The notes beneath the pieces were generated by a model that was given only the letters and a program-made list of their open reading frames with translations, had not been told where the DNA came from and did no database searches. 64,000 nt of DNA from the NCBI RefSeq assembly GCF_009914755.1, contig NC_060934.1. One strand, 5' to 3'. This document shows, piece after piece, positions 1 through 16,390 of the stretch. The DNA comes from the human T2T-CHM13v2.0 reference genome, Homo sapiens. The translations under genes were made by a program, and so were the position numbers. Each line of letters begins with the position of its first letter. Within the stretch, counting starts at the first letter, position 1.

Positions 1-19
1 CAAGTGTACCTATTATTAT

Positions 20-165
20 TTAGATGGCATCTCATATTATCTCATTAAACAACCCAATGAGGTGGGAAATATTTAACAGCAGAGAAAACCAAAACACAGA
101 GAGGTTAAGCATCTTCCCAAAACCACACAGCCAGCAAGTCCCTGTCACCAGTGCCTGAGCTCCTT
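20..165 (-). mobile_element. MIR fragment
   Basis: Reverse-complement MIR core (cagagaggttaag...cacacagc). Confidence 0.6.
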
Positions 166-284
166 GTCTCTACCACATTCCAGCCCTGAGGTTCCTGGAC
201 TCTGTGACTCCCACTCAAGTCTGTACTGCTGGCAGCTTGCAGCAAAGAGCAGTGAAAAAGTAAAGGGCTTTACTGGGAGTGGAC

Positions 285-445
285 CTAGGGAGTAAGTGCT
301 AATGAATAGGAGTTTCTTCCCAGGGTGATAAAAATGTTTGGGAATTTAATAGTGGTGACGGTTGCACAATCTTGTGAATACTATAAACCACTGAATTTTA
401 TGTGGTGAGTTTTATATGTGAATTATATCTCAATTAAAAACAAAT
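285..445 (+). mobile_element. Old L1M (L1MB-like) 3' end fragment
   Basis: gtggtgacggttgcacaatcttgtgaatac...gtgaattatatctcaattaaaaa is typical of L1M 3' ends. Confidence 0.7.
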
Positions 446-3400
446 CAAAGAGCTGCTAGAATCAGCCTTGTAAGGAGAAGTGCCCCTGTCCCCCTGCCTT
501 CAGGAGCCCAGCCTCGTCTCTGGGAATGGACTCAGTCACCGCCACCCACCCTGGGCACCGCCCCCTCCCTCCTCCAACCTCTGTGCCTGGTAGAGTTGGC
601 CACAACTTTCTCCCAGGACCCATCCAGTGGTTAATCTAGCTGCGGACTCCAGACTCTCCAACTGGGGCTGGGGCAAGAGCTGGCACTGGCCTCTCCCAGA
701 CACCCTGCTCTTTGGCAACGTAAGAATGCAGGCACAGGGCCGGGGCAGCGCCCTAGTCAGACAGCTGCAGTTTCACTCTTCCCCTAGATGCTGGGAAGCT
801 GGCTAGTCAGAGTAGAATGGCCCCACTCCTCCCCAAGGCCAGACGTGCCATCCTGCTGGGGTGCTGCAGGCTGACTTGCTGGTGCTTCCCCTGACAGATC
901 AGCTGTTTCAAGCTATGCCAGAATAAATGCTAGTGAAAGCCTCAAAACCTGCAGCTGTAACTAGTCTTCTGCAGACCCACCTTTGACAGGAGGGCAAACT
1001 GCACAGCATTAAAACATTCTGCTGTGTGACCGTCTGCACGTGCCAGCTGCAGCTAGCCAGGTCCTGGGCAGGGAGGTGTGCAGGAACCTGCCTAAGAAAA
1101 TGCTCCTTCCAGGAAATAAAGGAAAAGAGAAGGCCAATGCTAAAAGGGGCTCCAAGGAGCTCTGAGAGAGGACGAGACAGGACCACCCACTGCAGCCTGG
1201 AGGGGAGGCACGATGGGAACTGCCCAGGATGCAGGGACACCCACAGAGGCTAAATGTTCTGCTCAGAACAGGCAGCCGCAGCACAGACAGCAGACTTCCA
1301 TGTCAGAAGAGAGGAGACAAAGTCCTTCCAGAGACTTTTTAAGACCTTTGAAGTCTAAAATCCCTAATTACTTCTTACTTTGTAAGTACAAAATCTTCAA
1401 TGACAGACTTACATTTGTACAAAAAGAATTAGTAAACTGGGTTAAGTTATTGATTAACTTTAGACTTTGCTAAGTTAAGTATGCATGGCAAAATTTCAAG
1501 GGTAACTAATCTTGAAAGCAGTTGAAATTGAATCCCTAACTTCAGAGCAGTAAAGAGAGATAAATACACAAGACACTGAATGAACAATTCCTCCTGGGGA
1601 CCGAATTTGCTCAAAGTCTTTTCCCAAGGAATCCATAGGTCACAGAAAGGCATCTCCCAGGTCTCCTCCACAGAGCACAGGATCCAGAGGTCACCCAGAG
1701 CGTCCCACCTGAGGCCAAGCAGCTGTGATGAGGCCAGCAGGGTGCCCCCTCTATCCCACCTTTTTATATTGTACCAAGCCAGCTCCTGGCCCAGAGAAGG
1801 CAAAATACTGACCATTAAATTTTGATGAGCTTTTGAATTTGAACTTAAAGTAAGTCAATCTCACTAAAAACAAAACAAAACAAAACAAAACGAAAACCCG
1901 GGTGTGCATGACTATAGCAGGGTAAGAGCAAACAAACTACAAACCCATCCTAATCCCCATCCCTCCCCTCCCCGGCACTGAAATGCAAATATGAGTCTCT
2001 CCAAACCCTTTACTGAGCTGCGGTGGGGACAGCAGGCCTCAGAAACATATACACTCCAGGAAATAATGTACATGCTGTGTTTAGGGGCCCTGGGAGGCCG
2101 TGCAGATGGCCCCAGCTGCCATAATATTCACACTCATCATCATGGCTGCTCACCCACGTTGGTGTGTACATGTTATGAAAGAATGAGTGAAGACACGTGG
2201 CCTTCCAGGACCCCTTGTTCCAGCCCCGACACATCAGTCTCCGCAGTCCTTGGGTCTGGGGAATGAGACTTTATACCTTGTTACCATGCACAGATGGACA
2301 ACTGCCCAAGTTCAGGCAAGGGAGGAGGTCTTGGGCACCCAGGGTGGTCTGTCTCCGGCTTTTCATTACTGCTGCCCCACAGACCTGTCCCTCCCAGGCG
2401 CAGGCCTGCCTGCTTCATTAGGCAGGGCAGCTTCTCTGACTTCATTGTTATCTTTAACAGCTCCATCTGGACCTCAATCAATCAGCGGCCATCTCCTCTG
2501 CAGAGAGGAATGCTCCAGACGGGTCAGGCGCAGGGTGACTAGCCTGACTTCCAGCAGGCGCACAATCCTCCCCCACAGAGCCCAAGATGTCTGTGCCCAC
2601 GGTGCTGACTGCTGGGAGGTGGCCACAGGAATGCCTTGGACTTGGAGAAGTGGGAGCTCGTGCTAGGGACACCCACACGAGCCCACGGCTCCAACCAACC
2701 CTTGTCTCCCTGCCTCTCGCTCTCTCTCCACAGACCTAGTCTGGGAGGGTCCTGAATGGCATAGACACCACACTGAGGACATTCTGGGTTAATGAACAAG
2801 AAGAGTTCCAGGAGCTGACCCTGCAACAGGAAGACGGGTGGTATGACCCAGAAGTTCATCAGTGGGACCAACCAGGGCCGATGTGAAACATCCCCTGCAC
2901 CCCACACTCGGTGTGCCTGTCCTGAGCCCTCCTCTGCCCATCCCTACCCAGCTGTCATCAGTCTTATCTTGTGGACATGCATCACATGGGTATTTAATTT
3001 ATGAGAATCCAACTATGAGATCTCAGGCCAAAACATAGTGGGATGATTTCAATTTAAATATTAAATTGAATATTAAAAACACTGTAATTAAAAGCCCTGT
3101 AAAAATCTATTTTGCACATGGACTCTTCATGAGACACCATGGTAAGTGCCACAGGGGTGTTAGGACAGACTGACATCCCTGAAGGGGGTGGGGGAAGGTA
3201 GCTCCAGGAAGGTGACGCTTGGCTGGCTCCCGGGAGGGCAAGTTTGCTGAATGAACAAGGTAGGGAGTAAACACCAGGCCAAAGGAACAACAAGGGCAAA
3301 AGCAGAGCGGTATGAAGGGCTTCCCAGAGAGCCTTATACTCTCCCAGCTGGTGTCACTGCCTCCAGGCTGTCCCACTGGATCACATCACAACCACCACCA

Positions 3401-6311
3401 TCATCATGTCACTCCCAGCCTCAAGCACCTACTGTAGCTCTCTATCCCCTTCATATCAGATGCAGCTGTTTAACCAATCAGATACCTCCATTACCCCCTA
3501 ACCATTGCCCCCCCATCATTCCTGTCCTCATACAACCCCCTGCACAGCTGGGCTGTGTCCTCTGCCATCTGGGAAAGCCATCTGCCATCCCTCAGGCCTG
3601 GCTTGTGCACTGGCTGTCTGCAGGGAGAGAGGGGCCCGCTGACCTTCACGTGGGAGGATTTGACCCTCATGCTGCCCTCCAAATAGGCACAGCCCCAAGC
3701 TGTTCTTCCAGGGGCAGGGGACGGGGCTGAGGACCCCGAATGAGCTGGGTTCTGGGGCAACACCCAGTTCCACCCTCACCAGCTCTGTCACAGACGGGAC
3801 TCTGTCTCAGGTCTCAGTTTCCACAAGTACGTACCAGGCTAACAACTGTCTCTCTCACAGGGCTGCTGTGGAGACCACAAGGGGTGACCCATAAGGAAAC
3901 TCCAGCACCGAGCTGGGTGAGGTTAGGTGCTCAGGAAGCATGGGGCCTCCCCTGACATTCATTCCTGAGACCCACTGCGCACACGTGCTGAGGTTTTAAA
4001 ACTGAATCTCCAGCCTGAGGACCATGAGGACCACTAAGCCTCAGGTGGGACCAGCAGCCCTGCTCCTGCAGTCAGCCTCTCCACCCGTTCCTTAGATCCC
4101 GGCTGCTTCCAGTACCGAGCCACCTCCAAAGAGAAGGGCTGTGCTTCCAGGCCCATCTACCATCTTGCCCGATGCCCACCTGAGGGCCCCTGACCATACC
4201 CCAGTAGCTGAGGCCAGCGGGTCACCTGTACCCAGGCATAGACAGCACTCTGCTGAGCCATCCATGGCTGCATGGCCCCAACAGAGGCGTATCGGGCAGC
4301 ACTGGCCGGAACTTTAGAAAGACAGAGTTTGGGCTACTTTTCAAGCAGCCCTTCTGCACCTTGTACAGAGCCCTGCACCTGGGGAGGGCCCAGCCTATCT
4401 TGCTTCCTGGCTGTTTGATGTCAGGAAACCACTGGATCTTGAAAGTGGCTTTCTTGTGGCTGGAGGCAGGGCCACAAGGGAGTGTCACAGATATTTCCAG
4501 GGCAGAGATGAAGAGAGAACACGCACTTTGGGTTCAGAGACCAGAAGGCCACCACCACTCTCTCCCCATGGGATCTTTTTTTAAAACTTTATAAAAAAAT
4601 TTTTAGTTTTTTAAATGTTTCTGATATATTATATTTGTACCTATTTATAGGTGCCTGTGAAACATTGTTACATGTGTAGAATGTGTAATGACTAAGTCAG
4701 GGCACTTAAGGGCCATGGGGTCTTCACCAAGATTCACGACCTTTTGAGTCTCCATCTCCTCTTCTAAAAGAGAAGACCCCCTTCCCCATGGTGCTGGATT
4801 TTGTGACAGCCCCTCTGTGAGCTTTGTCTCAATATGCCTGGCCAGTCTGGAAGGCTCCCCACCAAGGGGTTAACAGGGGCTGCCTCTGAGTGTGGGGTCC
4901 TGGCTGTTTCCTCCTTTCTTGCTTTGGATAATATTTCCTATAGTAAACACGTAAGTCTTCTGTCATGAGAACCAAAGCTGTCTCAGGTTTTACCCAAAAC
5001 CTTCCCAGGACAGTGTGGGGCAGAGGAGACAAGTGAGTGACGCCTCCTGTCCCTTCCTGTGGCCTCACTGGGTGCCCTGCGGCCCAGAGCCCAAGACTCC
5101 AGCTGCTCCCAGCCATAGCCCTGGTCCTGCCCCAGGTCTTTGCCTGCTCCTCAGTCTCCTGAATCAGGACCCCCAGTCTCTAACAGCTCCCAGTGACCAC
5201 CTGGCCCCCAGACCCTGAAGGCCAACTCTCTGCCTGGCAATCTCCCAGCAACACCGTGGTGCAGGCTCTTTTTCTCAGCTCCGTCCCCCAGAAGAGGAAC
5301 CAGAAGCTCTGGAGGTGTTGAGACCTGCCCAAAGCCTCACAGCGAGGAACAGCAGAGCTGAGACTTGAACCCAGGACTTGAGCTGTTCCCACAATACCAC
5401 TTTGCCTTACAGAGAAAACACAGTGCAGGGATCCCACCTGGAAGGGGGCTCTCAAACTGCCTCATCCTGTTAGCCTCCTCCAGGGCCCAGGAGCTCCACT
5501 TGATGGGAATTGCTTCTGGCTTCAACACTTAATTCCCCAAATGTCCCCTGCCTGAAGTGAGCCAGCCTGTGTTGAGACAGAAATCCTGCCACCCTGTAGG
5601 GTGGGGAGCACTCTGCTAGGGTCCCAGGCCTCACGCTGGGCCTCCATGGACCCAGCTCCACCTCTGAGCTTCCATCGTTAACATCAGGTCAGCATCCCAG
5701 TGTTGTTCAGTCGCCAGATTTGAAAAGAAGCCTGAAGCTGGCATGGCAGTGTGCAAGGGAGGACTGCGTGGCCCCCAACAGGCTGGGGGCCCTGAGAGAA
5801 GGGGCAGGCGAGCAGGGGAGGGGCACCAGGAATTGTATGCATATTCACAGATAGAAAGGGGTCACAAATTCTCTCCAAGGAAGACATCAGTTATGAGTAT
5901 GGGACTGGGGAGAGATGTGAGGACTGAGGAGCTTTGCTGGCAGAAGGAGTGGGGGTGGCAGAAGGGGCGCTATCTTGGGACACAAAACTCAGAACTACTC
6001 CCAGCGAGTCACAGGGTGAGAGGGATATCCCACTGCCAGGGTGACTGTATTTTTGGCTTCTGTGTTTATGTTTTGCAGTTTATTTCTGCCTCATCGCTAA
6101 TATTTCATTAGAAAGTGGCTCTTCCCTCCCCCAACCCCTGCCACACTAATATTTTTGGGAGGAAATCTTAAAAAGACCCCAGCTGCATTCAGCATGCTTG
6201 CGTGCTATCTTAAGGCCTGCCTCTACCGGCATAGGACTCCGTTTACAGAATGCAACTCAGTGAGGAAGTCAAGTTTTCTATCTGAATATTCATTCAACAT
6301 ACAAGGTTTAG

Positions 6312-6314
6312 ACA

Positions 6315-6361
<47 letters not shown>
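6312..6361. repeat. (CA)n microsatellite with CG core
   Basis: acacacacacacacgcgcgcacacac... seen directly. Confidence 0.95.
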
Positions 6362-7429
6362 CAGGCCAAGTAGGACAAGGTGAATTCTGACATTCCCATG
6401 GTTCTCTACCCAATCCTATCCTGCTGGCTGGTCTTCCCTCCCAAGAGCCTCAGGCTCTGTCCCCTGGCATGTGGCACTTTGCAATCTCACTACCGAATAT
6501 TTACCAAAGGCCCAAGGAGTGTGGTGTTGGGGCAGAATCTGCACCCATGACCAGCCATGACTTTGTGGGTTCAAGTTTGAATAAACTGCAAGAACCCCAA
6601 AGGAAGACCTACCAGAAGCTTCTAACATCTCTCAGCCCATTCCTTCCTCTGTCTCTGTCTCCCTCCTCCATCTCAGCTGCTCACTCTACCTCTCTCCCCA
6701 CGCATGCATGCACATTCAGAGTTATATACGCACATTCCCAGCAGCCTCCCCCGAGACAGGCCTGGCAGGACCCCACCAGCTCCAGCAGTAAAAGGTCCTT
6801 GCTGGGTCTCTGATATCACTACCTACCACCCCCCTTGTGAGTGCTCCCCAAAGGGTTGGTGTCCTTGGGTAGACCATCCCCAATTTCCCACAGTTCCTTC
6901 TGGGGGTGCCTGTCAAACCACCAGGCCCAAGAGGGGGCTGCCCCTCAACACTCCTACCCTTAGCCTCTGCCCGTCCCCAATATCCCATCCAGACAGCCAG
7001 TCTTGGCTTGCTCCGATGAACGGCATGGCCCTACTGCCTCCAGGTGTGCTGTCGGGCTCACTGTCACTTTCTAGGTTTCTGTTTCTTCATGTGGAAAATG
7101 AAGTTGGCTCACAGAACACTGAGAGCTCCCACACCTCCACCCTCCAGCCTTAACTATTTCTCACTGTGATAATCTAAGTCACACTAACTAACGTGCCGAT
7201 GACGGATGAAGACCCCAGACTGCACAGCAACACCTCCCTCAGATCTCCATAATTCAGTGGTTCCAAGACACTTATGTTTTCTAAGAAGTAAAATCTGCCC
7301 CCGTCAAAAAACTGTGGATCTAACAAAGTGTTATCACATTTTGATTTTGCCAAGAACAGACATTAACACTTTTATTAAACCTATCATCTGCTACTATATT
7401 CAATTCATAAAAGAAAGAAAAATAGGACT

Positions 7430-7839
7430 ATATCAGTTATCTATTGTAATCCAAATATTTTTAACTCCAAAATTTAGTGGGTTAAAATAACAATAATTTG
7501 CACAGAATTCCGCAACTTGGGCTTTTCTCACCTGGGGTCAACTCATGCAGCTAAAGTCATCTCAAGGCTCATCTGGCATTAGATGGGCCAAGACAGGCTC
7601 ATTCATGTCCATGTTCACCTAGGCTGTCGGTCGGGGGCCTCAGTTCCCCTCTAGGTGGCCTCTCCAGCAGGACGACCTGGACTTCCTAAATAGCAAAGGA
7701 CAAGTGAGCAAGCTCCAATGCACTGGCAGGAATTTTCAAGCCTCTGCTGGCTTCCTGTTTGCCAAGGTCCTATTGGCCAAAACAAATCATGTAGCTACAC
7801 CGAGTCCAGGTAGGAGGAGATGACACAAGGGTGTGAGTA
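7430..7839 (-). mobile_element. MLT1-type ERVL-MaLR LTR remnant
   Basis: tcagttatctattg...aaaatttagtgggttaaaataac and cctattggccaaaacaaatcatg motifs typical of reverse MLT1. Confidence 0.6.
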
Positions 7840-8696
<857 letters not shown>

Positions 8697-9746
8697 TACC
8701 TGGAGACAGGATTTATTGTAGGTTATTAATTCAATAAGCTACCACAAGGGCATAATATCAGAAATTGTTTTTCAGATGGAAAAATTTAGCTTCGTGCAAA
8801 CCTGGTACACAGTCACCTGGGTAACTTCCTCAGTGATGAATGTAGGCTTCAAGCATCAGAAGCCATCATGAACTAGTCCAAAGTGGGGCATTTGGGAAAC
8901 ACAGCACTGATTATCGCATTCTTTCCAACTGAGCCAGAGGTGACCTCAGAATCCTTCTTAACACAGCTCTCTAGATAGCTTCTTCCCTATTGGTCAGAGA
9001 GGTAGACACAATTCAAGTCTATGTGCCACTGCTTATCTAAGGGTTTTATATGCAGAGCAGGAGTTTTCTTTTAAAAGAGAACACTAAAGAAATAATGTTT
9101 AACCCAAAGGAATGTGGCATCAAATCAAGCCTGCATGAGTAAGACTCCCTGATGGTGGAACTCCAGGCTCTGTGACCAGGGGCAGGTGCGGGGAGCCTTC
9201 CAGGATCCTCAAACCACCCCCTCCAGGGGCCCATCTTAATGCTCCTTATGTGCCAGGCAATAAGCCTCCCGGGGCAAGGGCCCTCACACATCCCTGCAGG
9301 CGGCCTATGGCAAGCAGAGACATGGGACCCTCATTTTAGGCCAAACCTCACTAGTCCTGGCTCTCTGGGTACCTCACACAAACGTGAGTTGTGTCTCAGC
9401 TCTCAGTTCTAGTGGGTTCTCAGCCTCTGTCTGGCAGCATTGCCCAGCCCAAGGACTGACAAAGGGCACCCTGCAGACTCCATCTCTCCCTTCTCCAGAG
9501 CCAATGAGGAGCAGGCCGGGAAGGTCACAGGAGCCCACCCCCAACCCCTGACTGGTAAGAGCCCCAGCGTACAGGCTGGGATGCTATCATTGGGTCGACC
9601 CTGAAAGTCCCTCCCTTTGGGGCACGGTCCAGGCCTTGAGATCCCCCACCATCGGAGGTGGGGCTTTCTGCAAACCAGAGGATCCTGAATGACAAAATCC
9701 TCCCGAGTTGGAAATACTCTGCACTGACATGGTGGTTACATGACTA

Positions 9747-10068
9747 CAGTTGACCTTTGAACGACATGAGGGTTAGGGGCACCCACCCCCTGCACAGTTA
9801 AAAGTCCACATATAACTTTTGACCCCCCCAAAACTTAACTACAAATAGCCTACTGTTGATCAGAAGCCTTAACAATAACATAAACAGTCAATTAACACAT
9901 TATTTTATGCATTCACGAAATACCTAAATTCTTGATTTTTTTCAATATTTCTAGGCTATGCAGTAAATTGTCACAAATCTCCAGAAAATGTTCCAATATA
10001 TGTATTGAAAAAAATCCATGGATAAGTGGACCTGTGCAATTCAAGGCCATGTTGTTCAAGGGCCAACT
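9747..10068 (+). mobile_element. Tigger2-derived element (MER28/Tigger2a-like) inserted in an L1M 3' end
   Basis: TIRs cagttgacctttgaac / gttcaagggccaactg with TA on both sides. Confidence 0.8.
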
Positions 10069-10195
10069 GTATCTACATTTGTCAAAACTCATGGAACTGT
10101 ACACCCAAAAAGTGTGAGTCTTACCTTATGTAACTTAGACCTCAATAGACTAAACTTTAACGAAATCTCCCAGCCAGCTCCACTCCCTAATATCA

Positions 10196-10558
<363 letters not shown>

Positions 10559-11477
10559 TTATATACATGACCTCATCTAATTCTCAGAACCAACCCGTGA
10601 AGTGCTGTGACCCATACTTTTGAGATAAGGTCACGGGGATCTAGAGAGGTTGAATACCTTGGTGAGGTCAAGGCCAGGTATGGGAGCCAGGACCCAAACC
10701 AGGACTTTCTAACTGAGCTAAGCCCGTTTCACTCTACCAAGTGCCCATCCAACACTAGCTCCCAGGCATGGGGTGTTGAGTGCTATTTTATACTTAACTG
10801 AGGCCCAGAGAGGCTAAATGACTTGGCTGAGGCCACTCGGCTAGTCAGAGGTGGCACCACAATCTGAACCAAGTATTGTCTTATTCTAAAGCCCACTCTG
10901 TCTTACTGCCCACAAAGGAGGCCTGGGGTCCCTCATGCCCCATTCCATCTGCTGGGCTCTCTTCTCTGGGACTGCCTGGCCCTGGGTGACTCCTTCCCCA
11001 GCCATGCCCACCCCCAACCTGTTCTAGCAGCTTTGCTGGCCAAGACTACCAGAGGCTGACGCCAAAGGATGGACGCTCAAAAATATCTTGGAAAGCATCT
11101 CGCCATAGCTGGTCTGACACAGACAGACTGAGGCTGTGGGATAAGGGCCTTCCAAGGGCCTCTGTACAGCCTAGGAACCTGGCTATGAAGGAACCGGGCC
11201 CTCCTGGCTTTCCCAGACCAGGTCCAACATGGTTCCCACCCTCCCAACGTTTCCTGGGGGAGAAGCCGAGGAGCTTGGACAGGCAGGAATCAGTGTGCTC
11301 CCAGGCGTGGGCCAGCTCCTCTGCGCAGCCCGTTCCCATGGTCTGTTCCAGGGTCCTGCTGCATGGGCCCTTGTGGACTCAGTCAATGCTACATCCTCCA
11401 TGGCTGGCCAGTTGGCCTCCCCTGGAGGGCCCCGGAGTTGGTCCTTGTGCTTAGGCAGAACGGGCCCCTGACCATGT

Positions 11478-11655
11478 TGGTTGCCCATCTTTCTGTGCCT
11501 TGGCTCTTGGCAGAATGTCTGTTTTAAAACGAATTTTGCTTGTGAGTAAATAAACCTTCTCTGGCCGGAGGAAGCCAAAAAGGTACCTTTACAGTGAGGA
11601 TCCAGGGATGGTGCCCAGAACTTAAACCAGCTGCCAGGTCTAGGAGGGGAAAGTG
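11478..11655 (+). repeat. Inverted duplication arm A (partner 12700-12889)
   Basis: Reverse complement of 12700-12889; about 18 substitutions plus one 12-nt indel by hand count. Confidence 0.9.
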
Positions 11656-12297
11656 AAGCAAGTGACTCAGATGAATGATGCACCCCTTCTGCTGCTCTCT
11701 AACTGCCGGCCCCAGGGAAACCACTGCCAGACCGGATGACCACGGTCCCTTCAAATGGGGCCAGCGGCCATGTGGACTGACTACAGCCCATCACACACCA
11801 GAAGAACACACCAAGAGTCTGTGCATTATTGTCATGCAAGGGACCCAGTGGTCAGTTACCCCATGTAGCATGCAACTTTTACATGGGAGAAAGTAATTTT
11901 CTCTAAGAAAGAACAAAAGAGCAAAATTTCTAACAGGTAGTCTCTTTCTTCTCCATTCTTGTACAGCCCTCACCTAGAAATTCTTTACTACACAGGGCTT
12001 ACTTCAGACACCTGTACTGTTAACTATTTGTGGGAGATAATTACTCTCTGACCACCAGATATCGTGCCCCCTAACTCCCCCTCTCTCAGCAAGGTAACCC
12101 TTCTTCTGGCCAGGGTTGACTGTTTCTGGGTCAAGTCCTGATCATACCTGAATCTTGCGGCCTCGTCTGGGAATCTGGACTTGGAAAAGAAAGAAAAACA
12201 GACAGACATCAGACCTCCTGTGTATCAGAACTTTTCATTTCAACATGGGGGTCACTGTTGGGGGCCACATTTGCCCTAAAGATGGGAAGCAATCCTA

Positions 12298-12670
<373 letters not shown>

Positions 12671-12699
12671 AGAGGGAAAGAAAACTGCCATGTTCCCAA

Positions 12700-12889
12700 C
12701 ACTTTCCCCTCCTAGACCTAGCAGCAGGTTTAAGTTCCAGGAACCAGCCCTGGATCCTCACTGTAAAGTTACCTTTTTGGCTTCCTCTAGCCAGAGAAGG
12801 TTTACTTACCTGCAACCAAAATCCCTAATCAAAACCCTTTCAAAACAGACATTCTGCCAAGAGCCAAGGCACAAAAAGATGGGCAACCA
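12700..12889 (-). repeat. Inverted duplication arm A' (partner 11478-11655)
   Basis: As above; ORF-track translations 11183..11683(-) and 12690..12923(+) share LDPHCK.TFLASS.QRRF and KQTFCQEPRH.KMGN. Confidence 0.9.
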
Positions 12890-14134
12890 CTACTGTCAAG
12901 TGAGGGAACACACAAGAGACTAGAAAAGAAAAGCTGGGCCTGCGGCTCCACCATTGCAGAGTGTTTTATTCACAGCAATTTGACTTGGCACTTCATTCCT
13001 TTGAGTTAAGCATTCTTCATATACTTTTTTAAAATGTAACTCCTGCTGGAGGGACAAGTCATGAATTTGTTAACGGCAAGGAGGTTTGGATCCTTGTGCC
13101 GTCTCTGAGTGACCGGGAGTGGCTGGCGGGACTGCTGGAGGATTCTGTAGCCATTGCGGAGTTCAGCTGGAAAGCATGCAGAGGGAGTCGGCAGACCTCG
13201 ATTCTGAGCCTGGCTTTGCCTAGTGTCCTGGGGCAGTCTCTTCCCCTCCCTGACTTCAGTTTCCCCATCTGTAAAATGAGAGGGTGGGCCCAGTCCAGAC
13301 ATTAGACAACCTGGTCCCATCTAGCTGTGGATGTATCCATGAGCTCTGTTTTCTAACTGCTGGCCCAGGGAAACCACCACCCAAACTGATAACCATCATC
13401 CCTTCAAATCGGTCCAGCAGCCATGTGGACTGACTACAAGCAGTTGTTTTCTGAAACTTTCATCTGTCCTTTGGGCACAGACTCCTGCCTGATGGTTGTG
13501 CTGTAAACAGTTTCTTATCCCAGCCAGCGGAGATGGTCACTAAGGGACAATGACTAAAGGAAAGAAAAGGAAGTAAGTGGCCAGAGGAGTTTAGCCTTCA
13601 GCCCAAGGAAACATGGGAGACAAGCAAAGAGAGGCCAGCCTGAGGCCTCAGAGGCAGCAGGCTGGAGCCCGAATACCTACAGCTTCCCTGTCCCAAACAG
13701 AACCAGCCGCCTGGGTACAGGAACCACTGTTCCTCATCACAGAGAAACCAATAAGATCACGAGGTCTGATTTACAAAACATAGGAAGCCCCAAGGGACAT
13801 CATTTAATTGTCAGTTTATAGGAAGCAAAGGGCACTGGCGTAATCCATTTCCCTCTGAGATCTTGTGTGCTAAGTGGGTCGATGAAACAGGAGCTCCATC
13901 CTACAGAACTTACTCCTGGAGTCTCTGTTTTCTGACATTAAAATTCTGAACATAACTGACAAAACTACCCACTAAGTATGCAAACATCTGGGAAGCAAAG
14001 CAGTCTCAAAATTTCAAATGACTGAATAGGAAGTGACTGTAGGCTCTTCCTATTGGCTGTTATTTGAGGCTCCACCCCATATCGGAGCAAATATTTTTTA
14101 AATGAACACTTATCCCACATCAAATATAAATACA

Positions 14135-14231
14135 CTCAGTCCTCAACTTAGGATGACTCAACTTATGATATTTTCAACGTTTTTATGGGTTTATAGGGAC
14201 GTAACCCTATTGTAAGTCAAGGAGCATCTGT
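14135..14231 (-). mobile_element. Short MER47/Tigger5-type MITE
   Basis: Ends with gtaagtcaaggagcatctg, like the MER47A copy ending near 8696. Confidence 0.6.
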
Positions 14232-14439
14232 TCAAGCACTTCCACTGTAATGCAGCATATTTTCCTACAAATCTTCACATTCTACAAACCCATACACTAA
14301 AAATAACAGGATTCATGAGGAAAACAAGGTCGGTGTACATCACTCCACACCTGCGGAACCTTGCTACCGGAACCTTTCCAAAAACAGTAACGGAGCACTC
14401 ACTTCTTAGGGGGCCATTCTCATCAAAATGCAAAACCCA

Positions 14440-14912
<473 letters not shown>

Positions 14913-15026
14913 CTAAAACAGCCCTGACTTACACTAAAGGTAGTTGCATCTACAGATTTTCAGCTTTTTTTTTTTTTTTTTGCTTTTTTCATATATTAGC
15001 CTTTAATCATGAAAAAAGTGCATTCT

Positions 15027-15330
<304 letters not shown>

Positions 15331-15599
15331 TCATCCTGATCTATCAAAGTGCAAACATACTGGGAAAAATTGAGAATGTGCCAACACAACTTTTCTGAAT
15401 ACCACCATCATTCTTCATTTATCACTTATAGAAACACATGTTCTAGCACAACAAACAAATAATTGTAAGTGTCAGACAATCACTGGGCACTTGCAGAACG
15501 TCTTAAGAAGTGAGATCTAACCTACAAGTTGCTTTAAAGCATAATATAGTTTTCTAAAGTTTGTAGTTTCAACATTTTTGCCAAGCCAACTCTGTTAGA

Positions 15600-16390
15600 T
15601 TAAAAATAGCCACACATTCTTTGCAGGTCCTCTCACTAAGAGGTGAAGGCAATTTCTCCATCCCTCTATCTGAGCTGGCTTCAAGACTTGCTGTGACCAC
15701 CAGGAATACAGCAGACGTGATTTTATTGGACTTCCCAGGAAGGCCTCAAGAGGCCTTGCAGCTTCCCCTCTCATCCTCTTGCTGTCCTGAGGCCACCACA
15801 TAAAGAAGCCTGAGCTTGCCTCTTAGAGGATAAAAGACCATGTGGAGAACGAAGCCCAGCCGACAGCCAGCACCAACCCCCAGACCTGTGAGCGAGGTCA
15901 TCTTGGACTACCCAGACTAGTTGAGCCATCAGAGTGTTGCAGTCACATAAGTGACCACAGGGAAGACCACCAAAACAACCACCCAACAGAGACCTGCCCA
16001 GAGAATCATAAGCCATAAAATGACTATTGTTGCCAGGCACGGTGGCTCATGCCTGTAATCTCAGCACTCTGGGAGGCTGAGGCAGGAGGGTTGCTTGAGC
16101 CCAGGAGTTTGAGACCAGCCTGGGCAACATAGTGAGACCTTGTCCCTATTTAAAAAAAAAAAAAAAGCCAGGCATGGAGATGTGCACCTTTAGTCCCAGC
16201 TACCCACAAAACTGAGGTGGGAGGATCGTTTCAGCCCAGGAAGCAGAGGTTACATAAGCCAAGATCACGCCACTGCTCTCCAGCCTGGGTCACAGAGGAA
16301 GACCTTGTCTTAAAATAAATTTTTTTAAAAAGACTATTGTTTTAACCCATTAAACTTTGGGGTGGTTTGCTACATAGTAAAAGCAAATAT
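15600..16390 (+). mobile_element. MLT1-type LTR interrupted by AluJ (16032-16318)
   Basis: cagccagcaccaac...gtgagcgagg.catcttgga and ttggggtggtttgctaca MLT1 motifs; Alu flanked by gactattgtt TSD. Confidence 0.7.

Noticed and set aside
2590-2610. REST/RE1-like site (GGTGCTGA half site)
   Set aside because: The second half matches poorly; not supportable.
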